Source: Dehalococcoidia bacterium (GTDB taxonomy: Bacteria > Chloroflexota > Dehalococcoidia > Bin125). From it: DNA of 64,000 nucleotides. The stretch is from NCBI GenBank assembly GCA_963663235.2, contig CAXXNO010000004.1, positions 352,001 through 416,000 on the forward strand. Direction: 5' to 3'. Positions 8,847 to 19,871 of the stretch are shown here, in pieces (positions within the stretch are counted from its first letter, which is position 1; each line of letters starts with the position of its first letter). Made by a program: the position numbers and the translations under genes. Under the pieces are notes generated by a model that was given only the letters and a program-made list of their open reading frames with translations, ran no database searches and was not told the DNA's origin.

Positions 8847-8875
8847 ATGATCGCGGGCCACGGGGTGGCTGCCAA
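8847..8875 (-). promoter_or_regulatory. putative leaderless promoter of the KS-like gene
   Basis: Minus strand TTGGCA-N17-GATCAT-N6-ATG(8840); no RBS seen. Confidence 0.4.
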
Positions 8876-8887
8876 GTGCCGCATTCC

Positions 8888-8917
8888 TTGACCCGCCAGA
8901 TGGGGCGATGATAGGAT
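8888..8917 (+). promoter_or_regulatory. hrcA operon promoter
   Basis: TTGACC-N18-TAGGAT with extended -10 TG, directly upstream of CIRCE. Confidence 0.7.
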
Positions 8918-8924
8918 CGCGCTA

Positions 8925-8951
8925 TTAGCACTCTCACGGTGAGAGTGCTAA
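8925..8951. promoter_or_regulatory. CIRCE operator (HrcA site)
   Basis: Exact TTAGCACTC-N9-GAGTGCTAA, 14 nt before the hrcA ATG. Confidence 0.97.
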
Positions 8952-8965
8952 TAGCAGGGACGCCG

Positions 8966-9988
8966 ATGCAATCGGTGAGCAACCGCCGGGCCGGGATTCT
9001 GCGGCTGGTGGTGCGCGAATACGTGGATACGGCCGCTCCCGTGGCGTCCAAGACGATCTGGGAGAAATACGAGCTGCCGGCCTCTCCCGCGACGATCCGC
9101 AGCGAGATGCAAGCGCTGGAGGCGGCGGGCCTGCTGACGCACCCGCACACGTCGGCGGGGCGGGTGCCTTCGGACGAGGGCTACCGTTACTTCGTGGAGT
9201 CCTTGATGGGCCCCGAGGAGCTGCGGGACGACGAGAAGGCCACGATCCGGCATCAGTTCTACCAGGCGGCGCCGGAGCTAGACGAGTGGGCGCAGTTGGG
9301 AGCCGTCCTCCTAGCGCGATCACTGGGGCTGCTGGCTGTGGTGGCGCTGCCGCGCTCCGAGGAGGTGCGGATCCGCCACTTGGAGCTGGTGTCGCTCAAG
9401 GACCTACTGGCGCTGCTGGTCGTGGTGCTGCGGGAGGCTCGGGTCTTGAAGCAATTGGTGACGCTGGACGCCGTGGGCGATCAGGCCGAGTTGAGCCAGA
9501 TCAGCGCGCGGCTGAACGACCAGGTGGCGGGCAAGACGCTGAGCGAGATCCGGCAGCGGCCGCCGACGCTGGAGGGCTCCGGGACGGCCGTGGCGGAGGC
9601 GCTGGTGCAGTTGCTCGAGGATCACGCGCTGCGGGAAGGCGGCGCCCACGTGCAGGGGCTGGGCGACTTCCTGGAGCAACCCGAGTTCCAGGACGACCAC
9701 GAGGAGTTCGCTAACCTGATCGGCCTGCTCGATCAGCCCTCCTTCGACCGCGTCGTGCCGCTGGGCGCGCTGGCCGACGGCGGGGTGAGTGTGGTAATCG
9801 GCGAGGAGAATCCGGCGCAAGAGATGCGGCGGTGCTCCGTGGTGGTGGCGCCGTACAGCGCCGGGTCGCGGCATTCAGGCTTCGTCGGCGTCGTGGGGCC
9901 CACGCGCATGCGCTACGGCCGTGCGGTGGCCTCCGCGCGCTACCTGAGCTCTCTGCTGGACGAGCTCATGTATGACGTGTACGGCTAA
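8966..9988 (+). CDS. hrcA: heat-inducible transcription repressor HrcA
   Basis: SPATIRSEM, HPHTSAGRVPSDEGYRYFV, GVVGPTRMRY; follows CIRCE and precedes grpE. Confidence 0.97.
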   Translation: MQSVSNRRAGILRLVVREYVDTAAPVASKTIWEKYELPASPATIRSEMQALEAAGLLTHPHTSAGRVPSDEGYRYFVESLMGPEELRDDEKATIRHQFYQAAPELDEWAQLGAVLLARSLGLLAVVALPRSEEVRIRHLELVSLKDLLALLVVVLREARVLKQLVTLDAVGDQAELSQISARLNDQVAGKTLSEIRQRPPTLEGSGTAVAEALVQLLEDHALREGGAHVQGLGDFLEQPEFQDDHEEFANLIGLLDQPSFDRVVPLGALADGGVSVVIGEENPAQEMRRCSVVVAPYSAGSRHSGFVGVVGPTRMRYGRAVASARYLSSLLDELMYDVYG

Positions 9989-10040
9989 CGCCGCGGCCCG
10001 CGGCCCTGTGTTTGCCCCCTGTTGAAAGAACTGGAACGAG

Positions 10041-10679
10041 ATGGCAGAGACTCAGCCCCTCGGCGATGACCGCTTGCCGGGCGGAAGCGTTGAGGAGTCC
10101 GAGGAGGGCGGCCGCGAGCAGCCGGGCAGCACCAAGGCGGCTGGCGAGCCGGCCGGCGTGACGGCGGCACGGCTGGCGGCCGAGCTGGCGGAAGTGCGCG
10201 CGGAGCTGGACGAGTCGAAGGCGCTGGCCGAGCAGCGGCTCGGCATGGCGCAGCGCTCCCAGGCCGATTACCAGAACCTGAAGAAGCGGGCCGCCCAGGA
10301 GACGCTGGATCGCAGCGGCATGATCGCCGAACGGATGCTGGCGGAGCTACTGCCGCTGGTGGATGACGTGGAGCGGGCGCTGGCCAGCGACGTGGAGCGG
10401 GACCCCACGGCCTGGCTGCAGGGCATGCAGATGATCCAGCAGAAGTTTTTCCACTACCTGGAGCAGATGGATGTCCACCCCATCGCCGCCGAGGGTCAGC
10501 CGTTCGATCCGAACTTCCATGAGGCCGTGGGTGAGGTGGCGGGTCCGGCCGGGCAGGTGATGACGCAGGTGCAAAAGGGCTACTTACTGGGACGGCGCGT
10601 GCTGCGTCCCGCCCGCGTCTTGGTAGGGCGCGACGCGAGCGCTGCGCCGGAGAGTGACAACGACGCAGCCCAGCCGTGA
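10041..10679 (+). CDS. grpE: nucleotide exchange factor GrpE
   Basis: QADYQNLKKR, LLPLVDDVERAL, FDPNFHEA, QKGYLLGRRVLRPARVLV. Confidence 0.96.
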   Translation: MAETQPLGDDRLPGGSVEESEEGGREQPGSTKAAGEPAGVTAARLAAELAEVRAELDESKALAEQRLGMAQRSQADYQNLKKRAAQETLDRSGMIAERMLAELLPLVDDVERALASDVERDPTAWLQGMQMIQQKFFHYLEQMDVHPIAAEGQPFDPNFHEAVGEVAGPAGQVMTQVQKGYLLGRRVLRPARVLVGRDASAAPESDNDAAQP

Positions 10680-10704
10680 GGGCTGAAGGACGGGAAGGGT
10701 TGAG

Positions 10705-12706
10705 ATGGGCAAAGTAATTGGGATCGACCTCGGGACCACGAACTCCGTGGTGGCCGTGATGGAAGCGGGCGAACCGATCGTCGTCCCCAATCAGGAAGGC
10801 GGCCGGACCACCCCGTCGGTCGTGGCGATTGGGAAGGGCGGCGAGCGGCTGGTGGGCACCGTGGCGAAGCGGCAAGCGATGACGAATCCGGACAACACGG
10901 TGTTCAGCGTGAAGCGGCTGATGGGGCGTCGCTTCGAGGATCCCCACGTGCAGCAAGATCTCCAACTGCTGCCGTACAAGGTGGTCCAGGCCAAGAACGG
11001 CGACGCCTGGGTCAAGATGGGCGACACCGAGTACGGGCCGCCCGAGATCTCGGCGATGATTCTGCAGAAGCTCAAGCAGGACGCCGAGGCTTACCTGGGG
11101 GAGCCGGTGACCGAGGCCGTGATCACCGTGCCCGCCTACTTCGACGACAGCCAGCGCAACGCCACCAAGGATGCCGGCAAGATCGCCGGCTTGGAGGTGC
11201 TGCGCATCATCAACGAGCCGACGGCGGCCTCGCTGGCCTACGGCCTGGAGAAGAAGCACGAGCACCACCTGGCGGTGTACGACCTGGGCGGCGGCACCTT
11301 CGACATCTCCATCCTGGAGCTGGGCGAGGGGACCTTCCAGGTCAAGTCCACCAACGGAAACACGCACCTGGGGGGCGACGACTTCGATCAGCGGATCATC
11401 GATTTCCTGGTGGCGGAGTTCAAGAAAGAGCAAGGCATCGATCTCAAAGAGGACCGGCCCGCGATCCAGCGCCTGAAGGACGCCGCGGAGCGGGCGAAGA
11501 GCGAGCTGTCGACCACCCAGTCGACGGAGATCTCGCTGCCGTACATCACCGCGGACGCGAGCGGCCCCAAGCACTTCAGCCACACGCTGACGCGAGCCAA
11601 GCTGGAGCAACTCACCGAGGAACTCGTCGACTCCACGCTGGGCCCCTGCCGGGCGGCGCTGGCAGACGCCGGCGCGAGCGCCGGCGAGATCGACGAAGTG
11701 GTGCTGGTGGGCGGGCAGACTCGCATGCCGCTGGTGCAGCGGAAGGTCCAGGAGTTCTTCGGCAAGGAGCCCAACCGGGGGGTCAACCCGGACGAAGTGG
11801 TAGCCATTGGGGCGGCGATCCAGGCCGGCGTGCTGAAGGGCGACGTCAAGGATGTGCTGCTCCTAGACGTGACGCCGCTGACGCTGGGCATCGAGACGTT
11901 GGGCGGAGTGCGGACGTCGCTGATCGAGCGCAACACGACTATTCCCGCCAGCAAGAGCCAAGTCTTCTCGACGGCCTCGGACAGCCAGCCACAGGTGGAG
12001 ATCCACGCGCTCCAGGGGGAGCGGGACATGGCGGCGGACAACAAGTCGTTGGGCAAGTTCATCCTGGACGGGATCTTTCCCGCGCCGCGGGGCGTGCCGC
12101 AGATCCAGGTGACATTCGACATCGATGCGAACGGAATCCTTAACGTGCGCGCCGTCGATGAGGGCACGGGCAAGGAGCAGAAGATCACCATCACCGCCGC
12201 CTCCGGCCTGAAGCAGGAAGAGGTGGAGCAGATGCGCCAGGAGGCGGAGTTGCACGCCGAGGAGGACCACAAGCGGCGTGAAGCGATTGAGCTCCGGAAT
12301 GTGGCGGACAACGCGGCGTATCGTGCGGACAAGCTGATCCAGGACCAAGCGGACAAGCTGGATGATCCGATGAAAGCGGAACTGCAAGGGAAGATCCAGA
12401 GCGTGCGTGACGCCCTAGGGGCCGAGGAAGTCGACAGCGAGCGCCTGCGCACGGCCCTGGACGACCTCAACACGGCGCTGATGCAAGTTGGCGAAAAGAT
12501 CTACGCCGCCGGCGCGGCGGCGGAGCCGGCGGAGGCGGGTGAGGCGGGCGGTGAGGCGGGTGAGGCGGGCGGTGAGGCGGGTGGCGGGCGGTGAGGCGGG
12601 GGAGTCGGGCGGTGAGGCGGGGGAGTCGGGCGGTGAGGCGGGCGGTGCGGCGGGGAAGTCGGGCGAAGAGGCCGGCACCGTTGAGGGCGAGTTCCGTGAG
12701 GTCTAA
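10705..12706 (+). CDS. dnaK: chaperone DnaK; as given stops at 12594, with the typical C-terminus in another frame ending 12706
   Basis: [34 protein letters not shown]; 2-nt gap in a repeat near 12583; shifted frame ends [10 protein letters not shown]-stop. Confidence 0.96.
12531..12670 (+). repeat. imperfect 21-nt tandem repeat in the dnaK 3' end ([14 protein letters not shown])
   Basis: About 5-6 copies of (ggt/ggg)gag(g/t)cgggcggtgaggcg. Confidence 0.85.
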
Positions 12707-12793
12707 TGGGCCGTAGCGAAGCAGCGGCTGGACGCTAGACTGGTCTTAGGCATGCGGCGGCAGGGGCCCGCAGTCTGACGGGATCGGAAGTCA

Positions 12794-13912
12794 GTGACCA
12801 CCGCACCCCACCGCGACCCGTACGAAATCCTCGGTGTGCCGCGTACGGCGAGCGGCGAAGAGATCAAGAGCGCCTTCCGCAAGTTGGCGATGCAGTACCA
12901 CCCGGACCGCAATCCGGATGCGGACGCGACGGAGCGCTTCAAGACGATTGGGGCCGCCTACGAGATCCTCTCCGATCCGGAGAAGCGCGCGAAGTACGAC
13001 CAGTTCGGCGCGGCGGCGGACTTCGGCCAGGGGGTTGGCTTTGAAGGGTTCGACTTCGGCGGCTTCGGCGATATTTTCGAGGCGTTCTTCGGTGGACGGC
13101 GCACGCGCGGTGGTCCGCTGCGCGGGGCTGATCTGCGCGCCCACGTGGACCTGGGGTTCGCGGAAGCCGTGTTCGGGGCGGAGCGGGAACTCCACATCAG
13201 CCGGCTGGAGGCGTGCGCGACCTGCGGGGGGTCGGGCGCGGAACCGGGCTCCGAGCGGGTCACCTGCCCCCAATGCCGGGGCGCCGGGGAGATCCGTCGG
13301 GCGCAGCACAGCGTGTTCGGGCAGTTCGTGAACGTGGCGACGTGCGACCGCTGCGAGGGAATGGGGACGGTGGTGGCCCAACCCTGCAAGAGCTGCGGTG
13401 GGGCGGGCCGGGAGCGCCGGAATCGCCGCCTGAAGGTGAAGGTCCCGGCCGGAATCGACAGCGGATCGCAACTGCGGCTCTCCGGGGAAGGCGAAGCGGG
13501 CTTGCGCGGGGGACCCCACGGAAACCTCTACGTGGACCTCCGGGTGAAGCCGGACCCGCTCTTTCGGCGGGAGGGGGAAGACCTGCTGCTTGAGCTTCCG
13601 CTGAACATGGCCCAGGCGGCGCTGGGCGCACAGGTGGAGGCGCCCACCTTGGAAGGTGACAGCGTGTCCCTGGAGATCCCAGCGGGCACGCAGCACGGAA
13701 AGGCGTTCCGCGTACGCGGGCGGGGTGTGCCGCACCTGCGCGGTCGTGCCCGCGGCGACCTGATCGTGCGGGCCGTGGTGCACGTGCCCACCAAGCTGAC
13801 GCCCGAGCAGCGAGAACTCTTGCAGCAACTGGACGAATCGCTGGGGCCGCCGACCACGGACGGCCAGGAGTCCGGCTTCTTCTCCCGGCTCAAGGATGCC
13901 TTCACCACCTAG
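12794..13912 (+). CDS. dnaJ: chaperone DnaJ
   Basis: J domain with HPD, G/F region with DIFEAFFGG, four CxxCxGxG repeats. Confidence 0.97.
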   Translation: MTTAPHRDPYEILGVPRTASGEEIKSAFRKLAMQYHPDRNPDADATERFKTIGAAYEILSDPEKRAKYDQFGAAADFGQGVGFEGFDFGGFGDIFEAFFGGRRTRGGPLRGADLRAHVDLGFAEAVFGAERELHISRLEACATCGGSGAEPGSERVTCPQCRGAGEIRRAQHSVFGQFVNVATCDRCEGMGTVVAQPCKSCGGAGRERRNRRLKVKVPAGIDSGSQLRLSGEGEAGLRGGPHGNLYVDLRVKPDPLFRREGEDLLLELPLNMAQAALGAQVEAPTLEGDSVSLEIPAGTQHGKAFRVRGRGVPHLRGRARGDLIVRAVVHVPTKLTPEQRELLQQLDESLGPPTTDGQESGFFSRLKDAFTT

Positions 13913-14840
13913 GCGCGCCCGTGCTCCGCGGCGGCGTCCCGCTGCCGCCGGGGCGCTGGTGGAGGTGAGCGTCCGGGTGCCGGTGGCCGAAGCGGATCGA
14001 GCGGCTGCGGTGCTGCGGCCGTTCGCGCCGTCCGGCGCGGCGATCGATCTGCCTTTCGTCCAGGGTGAGGACTTCGGCGCCGCCGCGATTGACCCTGAGG
14101 GGCGGGCGCGCGTCCGCTGCTACTTTCCCGCCGGCGACTGGGCCTCCTTGCGGCCGCGGGTCCGCCGCGCCCTGGATCGCGCGGAGTGGACCGAGGCGCC
14201 GCCGCGGCTGGCCAGCCGACGGCTGCGGGCGCGCGATTGGGCCGGCGCCTGGCGGGCGCAGGCGAAGATCGAGCGGTTTGGGCGTCTGGTGATCCGGCCC
14301 ACATCGGTGCGCTACCGGCGGCGCGCCGATGACGTTGTCGTGGACCTGGATCCCGGTATGGCGTTCGGGACGGGGTCGCACCCCACGACCGGGATGGCGC
14401 TGGCTGCGCTGGAACGCTGCGTCCGGCCTCGTCAGCGGGTGCTGGACGTCGGGACCGGTTCGGGCATCCTAGCCCTGGCCGCCGCGCGGCTGGGCGCCGT
14501 GCGGGTGGACGCCGTGGACATCGACCCTTTGGCCGTGGAGGCGGCGCGCGGCAACGTGGAGCGCAACGCGCTGGCCGAAGTGGTGACGGTGTATGAGGGC
14601 CGCCGGCCCGCCCGCCGGCGTTACGACGTGGTGGTAGCCAACATCACCGCCCACACCATCGTCGCGCTGGCGCCGGAGTTGGCGGCCGCAACGCGCGTGG
14701 GGGGCCTCTGCCTGCTGGGCGGCTTCACCGCTCCCCAGGCGGCCGGGGTCCGGCGCGCCGCGGCGGCGGCCGGGCTGCGGCCCGAGGAAACGTGCCGAGA
14801 CGGCGACTGGCGCAGTCTGCGGACGGTGCGGCCGGGTTAG
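13896..14840 (+). CDS. prmA: ribosomal protein L11 methyltransferase
   Basis: [34 protein letters not shown]; follows dnaJ; exact start uncertain. Confidence 0.92.
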   Translation: MPSPPRRARAPRRRPAAAGALVEVSVRVPVAEADRAAAVLRPFAPSGAAIDLPFVQGEDFGAAAIDPEGRARVRCYFPAGDWASLRPRVRRALDRAEWTEAPPRLASRRLRARDWAGAWRAQAKIERFGRLVIRPTSVRYRRRADDVVVDLDPGMAFGTGSHPTTGMALAALERCVRPRQRVLDVGTGSGILALAAARLGAVRVDAVDIDPLAVEAARGNVERNALAEVVTVYEGRRPARRRYDVVVANITAHTIVALAPELAAATRVGGLCLLGGFTAPQAAGVRRAAAAAGLRPEETCRDGDWRSLRTVRPG

Positions 14841-15982
14841 CCGCCGACCGCCACGTCCACCGTCCCCGCCGGCCCGATGGCGGTGGCGGGATCGAACTCC
14901 TGCGCGGGGTCCGGCACGTCCTGATCCCGGATCCATTGCACCGGGTCGACGGGGATCCCGTGCACGACGATCTCCCAATGGAGATGGGGGCCGGTGGCGA
15001 GCCCGGTGGCGCCGACGCGGCCCAGGGGGGCGCCGCTGATGACCACGGAGCCAGGCGTCACTAAGACCTCTGAGAGATGGTAGTAGGCGCTGAAGATCCC
15101 TCCGCCGTGGTCGATGACGATGCCATTGCCGCGCCGGCGCGTCTGGCCGACCCAAGCGACGACGCCGGCGTTCGGCGCCAGGACGGGGTCCCCGCTGTCG
15201 CCGGCGAAGTCCAGGCCCTGGTGGTACTCCGAGGGCTCGGCGAAGTTGTAGGAGCGCAGCAGGCCGAAGCTGGAGGTGATGACTCCGGCCGCCGGCAGGT
15301 CGAAGAGCCCGCTCCAGTGCCGCTCGGGCGTGAGACGGCGCTCCACACTCTCGCGGATGGCTGTGTCTTCGGCGATGACGGCCGGGTCCAGGAGCGCTTG
15401 ATTGCTCGCGTCCAGCTCCACCACCTCGATCTGCCAGGCGGCGTCGGTGACGGTGATCAGGGTTTCGCGTCGCAGGACCTGGCGGCCGGCGGCATCGGAG
15501 ACGGAGATGACGACCGGTGTGGGACCGAGGGGGGAGAGCGCGTCCACCGGGAGGATGGTGAAGAAGCGGTCCCCTTCCCGGAGGAGGGTGAAGATCTGGC
15601 CGTTGTAGGCCGTGGAGGCGAAGCCCGCGCCGGGAGCATCGACGGCGATCAGGAATGCCGCGCCTTGGCGGACCTCCTGCGGCACCACGTAGATGCGCGG
15701 CTCGCCCTCCAGGCGCTCGGCTGTCTCCTCAGTGGGTCCGATCTGCACCGTGGCCGGAGGAGCGGGGGGCTCGCGGTCCAGGGCGGGCTCCTCCTCGGCG
15801 ACGGATTGATCGAGGGTCGGATCCGCCGCTTGAGGGGACGGCTCGCTTGGGGCGGGCCCGGCCGGGTCGTCGGCACCGCCGCAGGCCGCCGCGGCGAGCG
15901 CTATCAGTGCGGCGGCCGTGAGGGCAGCGAGGACGACGCTGCGTCGCGGTCTGGGGAACCGTGTCGAGCGCAGCACGGTCAC
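14837..15982 (-). CDS. M23 family metallopeptidase lipoprotein
   Basis: Signal peptide with lipobox AAAC, HQGLD, YYHL, GATGLATGPHLHWE. Confidence 0.92.
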   Translation of the reverse strand: MTVLRSTRFPRPRRSVVLAALTAAALIALAAAACGGADDPAGPAPSEPSPQAADPTLDQSVAEEEPALDREPPAPPATVQIGPTEETAERLEGEPRIYVVPQEVRQGAAFLIAVDAPGAGFASTAYNGQIFTLLREGDRFFTILPVDALSPLGPTPVVISVSDAAGRQVLRRETLITVTDAAWQIEVVELDASNQALLDPAVIAEDTAIRESVERRLTPERHWSGLFDLPAAGVITSSFGLLRSYNFAEPSEYHQGLDFAGDSGDPVLAPNAGVVAWVGQTRRRGNGIVIDHGGGIFSAYYHLSEVLVTPGSVVISGAPLGRVGATGLATGPHLHWEIVVHGIPVDPVQWIRDQDVPDPAQEFDPATAIGPAGTVDVAVGG

Positions 15983-16230
15983 AGTTGTCTCAGTGTACGG
16001 GGGAGGGCGATATCCTCAACCGGGACCCGTGGCCGAACGGGGCGCGAGGTGCTGATCTGGTCCGGCTCGTCCGCCGCCACGTCCCAGCGCTCGGCCCCCA
16101 CGGTGAGCCGGTCGACGCCGGGGCGCTCGCGCAGGGCGTCCAGCACGGCTAGGGCCTGCTCCAGCGTGGGCGTATCGCGATCGAGGGGGGCGAGCGCGTC
16201 AGCCGACGCTTGCGCTGGCGGTGAGGGGCT
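15979..16230 (-). other. 84-codon open frame without an upstream start; possible dnaE C-terminal extension or small CDS (GTG 16146)
   Basis: Reads SPSPPAQASADALAPLDRDTPTLEQALAVLDALRERPGVDRLTVGAERWDV...RQL; its TGA overlaps the M23 GTG (GTGA). Confidence 0.4.
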
Positions 16231-19200
16231 CTAGGGAGGCCGAGCCCCGATCTCCGAGTGCGCCGCGCAACGCCTCCAGCAGGGCGTGGGAGCCGCTGCA
16301 CGACGGAAGCTCCAAGGTCACCTGTTCGCCCACGCCATCGACGGTGAGCATGGCGCCGAAGTCGCCGGGCGACTCTCGGATCAGGTGCATCGCCTGGTGC
16401 AGGCGTTCCTGGTCGGCGTCGGGGTCGTCGGTCTCCTGCAAGCGGACGTGGAGGGTGGGCCCGGCGCCGTTGCGGGGCGCCGCGACGGGTGGCGGTGGGC
16501 GATCCTCCGCGATGGCGCGGGCCGGCGGGGCAGCCGGCGGTGGCTGCTGGGCGTCCGCGCGTTGGGGGCGCGGCGCTTGCTCTCCCGGCTCCGAGCGGCT
16601 CGCCCATCGCGAGGGGTCATCGAGGAGCCGGCCGCCGCCCGTTCCATCGACGTAGGGTGTCACGTCCGAGACGGCGACGGTGAGGCGGTCGCCGCGACTG
16701 CGGACGCGGGCGCGGATGAGCAGCACCGTGCCGTCGCGCCAGAGGTCGCGGGTGGTGGCGAAGCGATCGGGCCAGACAGTGACCTCGACAGCGCCGGAGA
16801 GGTCCTCGATCAGGGCGGCGCAGAACGGCTCCCCTTTTTTCGTGGTCAGGGGCCGCACGAGGCCCACCATCCCCGCCAGCACCACCTGTTGGCCGTCCAG
16901 GTCATCGGTGACTTCGACCGCCTGTGTGGTCACGTAGGGCGCAAGGGCCGCCGCGGTGCGCTGGAAGGGGTGGGCCGTCATGTAGGCGCCCAGCAGCTCC
17001 TTCTCCCACTGCAGTTGCTCGTTGGTGGTGGCGTCCGCCTCCTCCAGCAGCAGTTCAGGGTGGGGCGTCTCCACTTCCTCGCCGAAGAGGTCGAACATGG
17101 TGGTTTGGCCGCTGGCGCGGAGCTCTTCTTCGCGCTGGGCCCGCAGCGCGATGCGGTCGATGTTGGCCAGGGCAGCGCCGCGCGGGGCCAGGGAGTCGAA
17201 GGCGCCGGCCTTGATCAGGCTCTCCAGGGCCCGCTTGTTCAGCGCGCGCAGGTCGGCCCGACGGCAGAGGTCGTCAAGGGAGGAGAAGGGGCCGTCCTTA
17301 TCGCGGGCGGCGATCAGGCGCTCGACCTCGCCGCGGCCGACGTTCTTCACGTTCGCGAGCCCAAAGCGGATCCCGTGGCGGCCGTCCTCCAGCACTTCCA
17401 CGCTGAACTGGTCACGGGACTGGTTCGCGTCCGGCGGGAGCACCGGGATGTTGAGATGCGTGCATTCGGTGATGGCGAGGCCGACGCGGTCCTGATCGCC
17501 GGCGGCCACGCGCAAGACGGCGGTCATATAGGGAGCGGGGTAGTGGGCCTTGAGGTAGGCGGTCTGGTAGACGATGAGGCCGTAGCAGACGGCGTGGGCC
17601 TTGTTGAAGGCGTAGCCGGCGAACGGCTCGATGAGGTCGAAGACCGTCGCGGCCTCGGCTTCGCTGTAGCCCAGCCCGCGCGCGCCCTCCACGAAGCGGC
17701 CGCGCTCGGCCTGCATCACCTGGGGGATCTTCTTGCCCATCGCTTTGCGCATGACGTCCGCCTGGCCCAGGGTGTACCCGGCGAACTTGCCGGCGATGTA
17801 CAGCACCTGGTCCTGGAAGACGATCACGCCGTAGGTGTCATCGAGGATGGCGGCGAGGTCGGGGTGGGGGTAGGAGATGGGCTCGCGGCCGTGCTTGGCC
17901 GCGATATAGCGCGGGATGTGCTCCATAGGACCGGGCCGGTAGAGCGCCACCATGGCCGCGAGATCCGTGATCTGGGTGGGCTTGAGCTCCTGGATGTAGC
18001 GGCGCATCCCGGACGACTCCAACTGGAAGACGCCGAACGTCTCTCCGCGGGAGAGGAGATCGAAGGTTTTCGCATCGCCGTCGGGGAGGTGCTGGTAATC
18101 CACGTCCCGGCCGGTGAGCTCGCGGACGAGATCGGCACAAGTTTCCAGAATCGTGAGGTTGCTGAGGCCCAAGAAGTCCATCTTCAGCAGGCCGACCTCG
18201 GCGCACTGGTTCATGGCCCACTGGGTCATGGGGATGGCGTCATCGTCGCCGCGCACGGGGCGCTGGAGGGGCACGTTCTCCATCAAGGGCTCTCGAGCGA
18301 TGACGACGCCGGCGGCGTGCGTGCCGGCGTGGCGGGCCACGCCTTCCAGGCGCTGAGCCGTATCGACCAGGCGCCGGACCTGGGGGTCGCGGCTGTGGGC
18401 ATCGCGCAGTTCGGCGCTGTGCTCCAGGGCCGCCGCCAGCGTCATGTTGAGCTGGTTGGGGATGAGGCGGGCCACGCGGTCGGCCTCCGAGAAGGGGAAC
18501 CCCAAGGCGCGGCCGGTGTCGCGGATGGCGGCCTTGGCGCCCAGGGTGCCGAAGGTGATGATCTGGGCCACGCGGTCATGGCCGTACTTGTCGGCGACGT
18601 AGCGGATCACCTCGTCGCGCCGGTCGTCGGCGAAGTCCATGTCGATGTCCGGCATTTCGTGCCGCTCGCGGTTGAGGAAGCGCTCAAAGACCAAGTCGTA
18701 GCGCAGGGGGTCGATGTCCGTGATCTCGAGGCTGTACAGGATGATGCTGGCGGCGGCGCTGCCGCGGACGCCCATGGCGATGCGGCGGCTGCGTGCGAAG
18801 GCGGCGAAGTCGCGGACGATGAGGAAGTACTCGGCGAAGCCGGTCTCGCGGACGACGTCGAGCTCGTAGTCCAGGCGGTCGAGCACGTCCCGGCCCGGGT
18901 CGCCGTAGCGTTGTTGGAGGCCCGCGCGGGCGAGTTCGGCCAGGTGCTCCATGGCGCTCTGGCCCGGCGGCAACTGCGGCTCGGGCAGGCGCAGGCGGCC
19001 GAACTCCAGGGTGACGTCGCAGCGCTCAGCGATACGGTTCGTGTTCTCGATGGCCTCGGGCAGCTCGGGGAAGCGATCGTGCATCTCGGCTTCGCTGGTG
19101 AGGTAGAAGTCTGAGCCGTCCAGCTTGAAGCGATTGGGTTGGTCGATGGTGGTGTTGGTGCCGATGCAGAGCAGGACCTCGTGCACGTCGGCGTCCTCCG

Positions 19201-19824
19201 GCCGGCAGTAGTGCGAGTCGTGGGTGGCCACCAGGGGGATGTCCAGTTGCCGCCCGAGTTCCACTGTCTTGGCGATGGTGGGCGTGAACTGGGGGTCGTG
19301 ATGGTTCTGGATCTCCAGGTAGTAGCGGTCGCCGAAGGTCTCGCGGTACCAGGCGGCGACGGCGCGGGCATCGTCCCGGCGCCCCTCCTGGAGGGCCCGA
19401 TGCAACTCGCTGACGGGCAGCCGGAGAGCGCGATGAGGCCGTCGGCGTGCTGGGCCAGGAGTTCGCGGTCGACCCGGGGCCGGTAGTAGAAGCCGTCCAA
19501 GTGCGCTTTAGTGGCCAGCGCGATCAAGTTATGCCAGCCGCGCTGATCCGCGGCGAGGAGCGTGAGGTGAGTATCGTTCTGCCGGGCGGCGGGATCGCGG
19601 CCGTGGTGGTCCCGGGCCGCGCCGTAGGCCTCTATGCCCAGGATCGGATGGAGCCCGGCCTGCTTGGCCTCGCGGTAGAAGTCGATAGCGCCGTAGAGGT
19701 TGCCGTGGTCGGTGATGGCGATCGCCTCTTGGCCCAGCGATCGCGCGCGCTCCATCAGCGCGGGGATCTTGGAGAGGCCGTCGAGGAGGCTGAATTCCGT
19801 GTGCAGGTGCAGGTGGGTGAACAT
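16199..19824 (-). CDS. dnaE: DNA polymerase III alpha subunit, frameshifted near 19410
   Basis: FTHLHLHTEFSLLDG and AITDHG in the ORF starting 19824; RGSAAAS, MPDIDMDF, LKMDFLGL, YAFNKAH and OB fold in ORF 16199..19405; SGCPS|ELHRAL junction. Confidence 0.95.
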
Positions 19825-19871
19825 GGGGGCTGTCCGAGTTTAGCAACCCGGACCGCGGCGTCCGTGAGCGC

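Noticed and set aside
16199-19824. dnaE as a true pseudogene or intein-split gene
   Set aside because: Catalytic motifs are intact, only a single-base indel separates the parts, and no intein motifs are present; a consensus error is more parsimonious.
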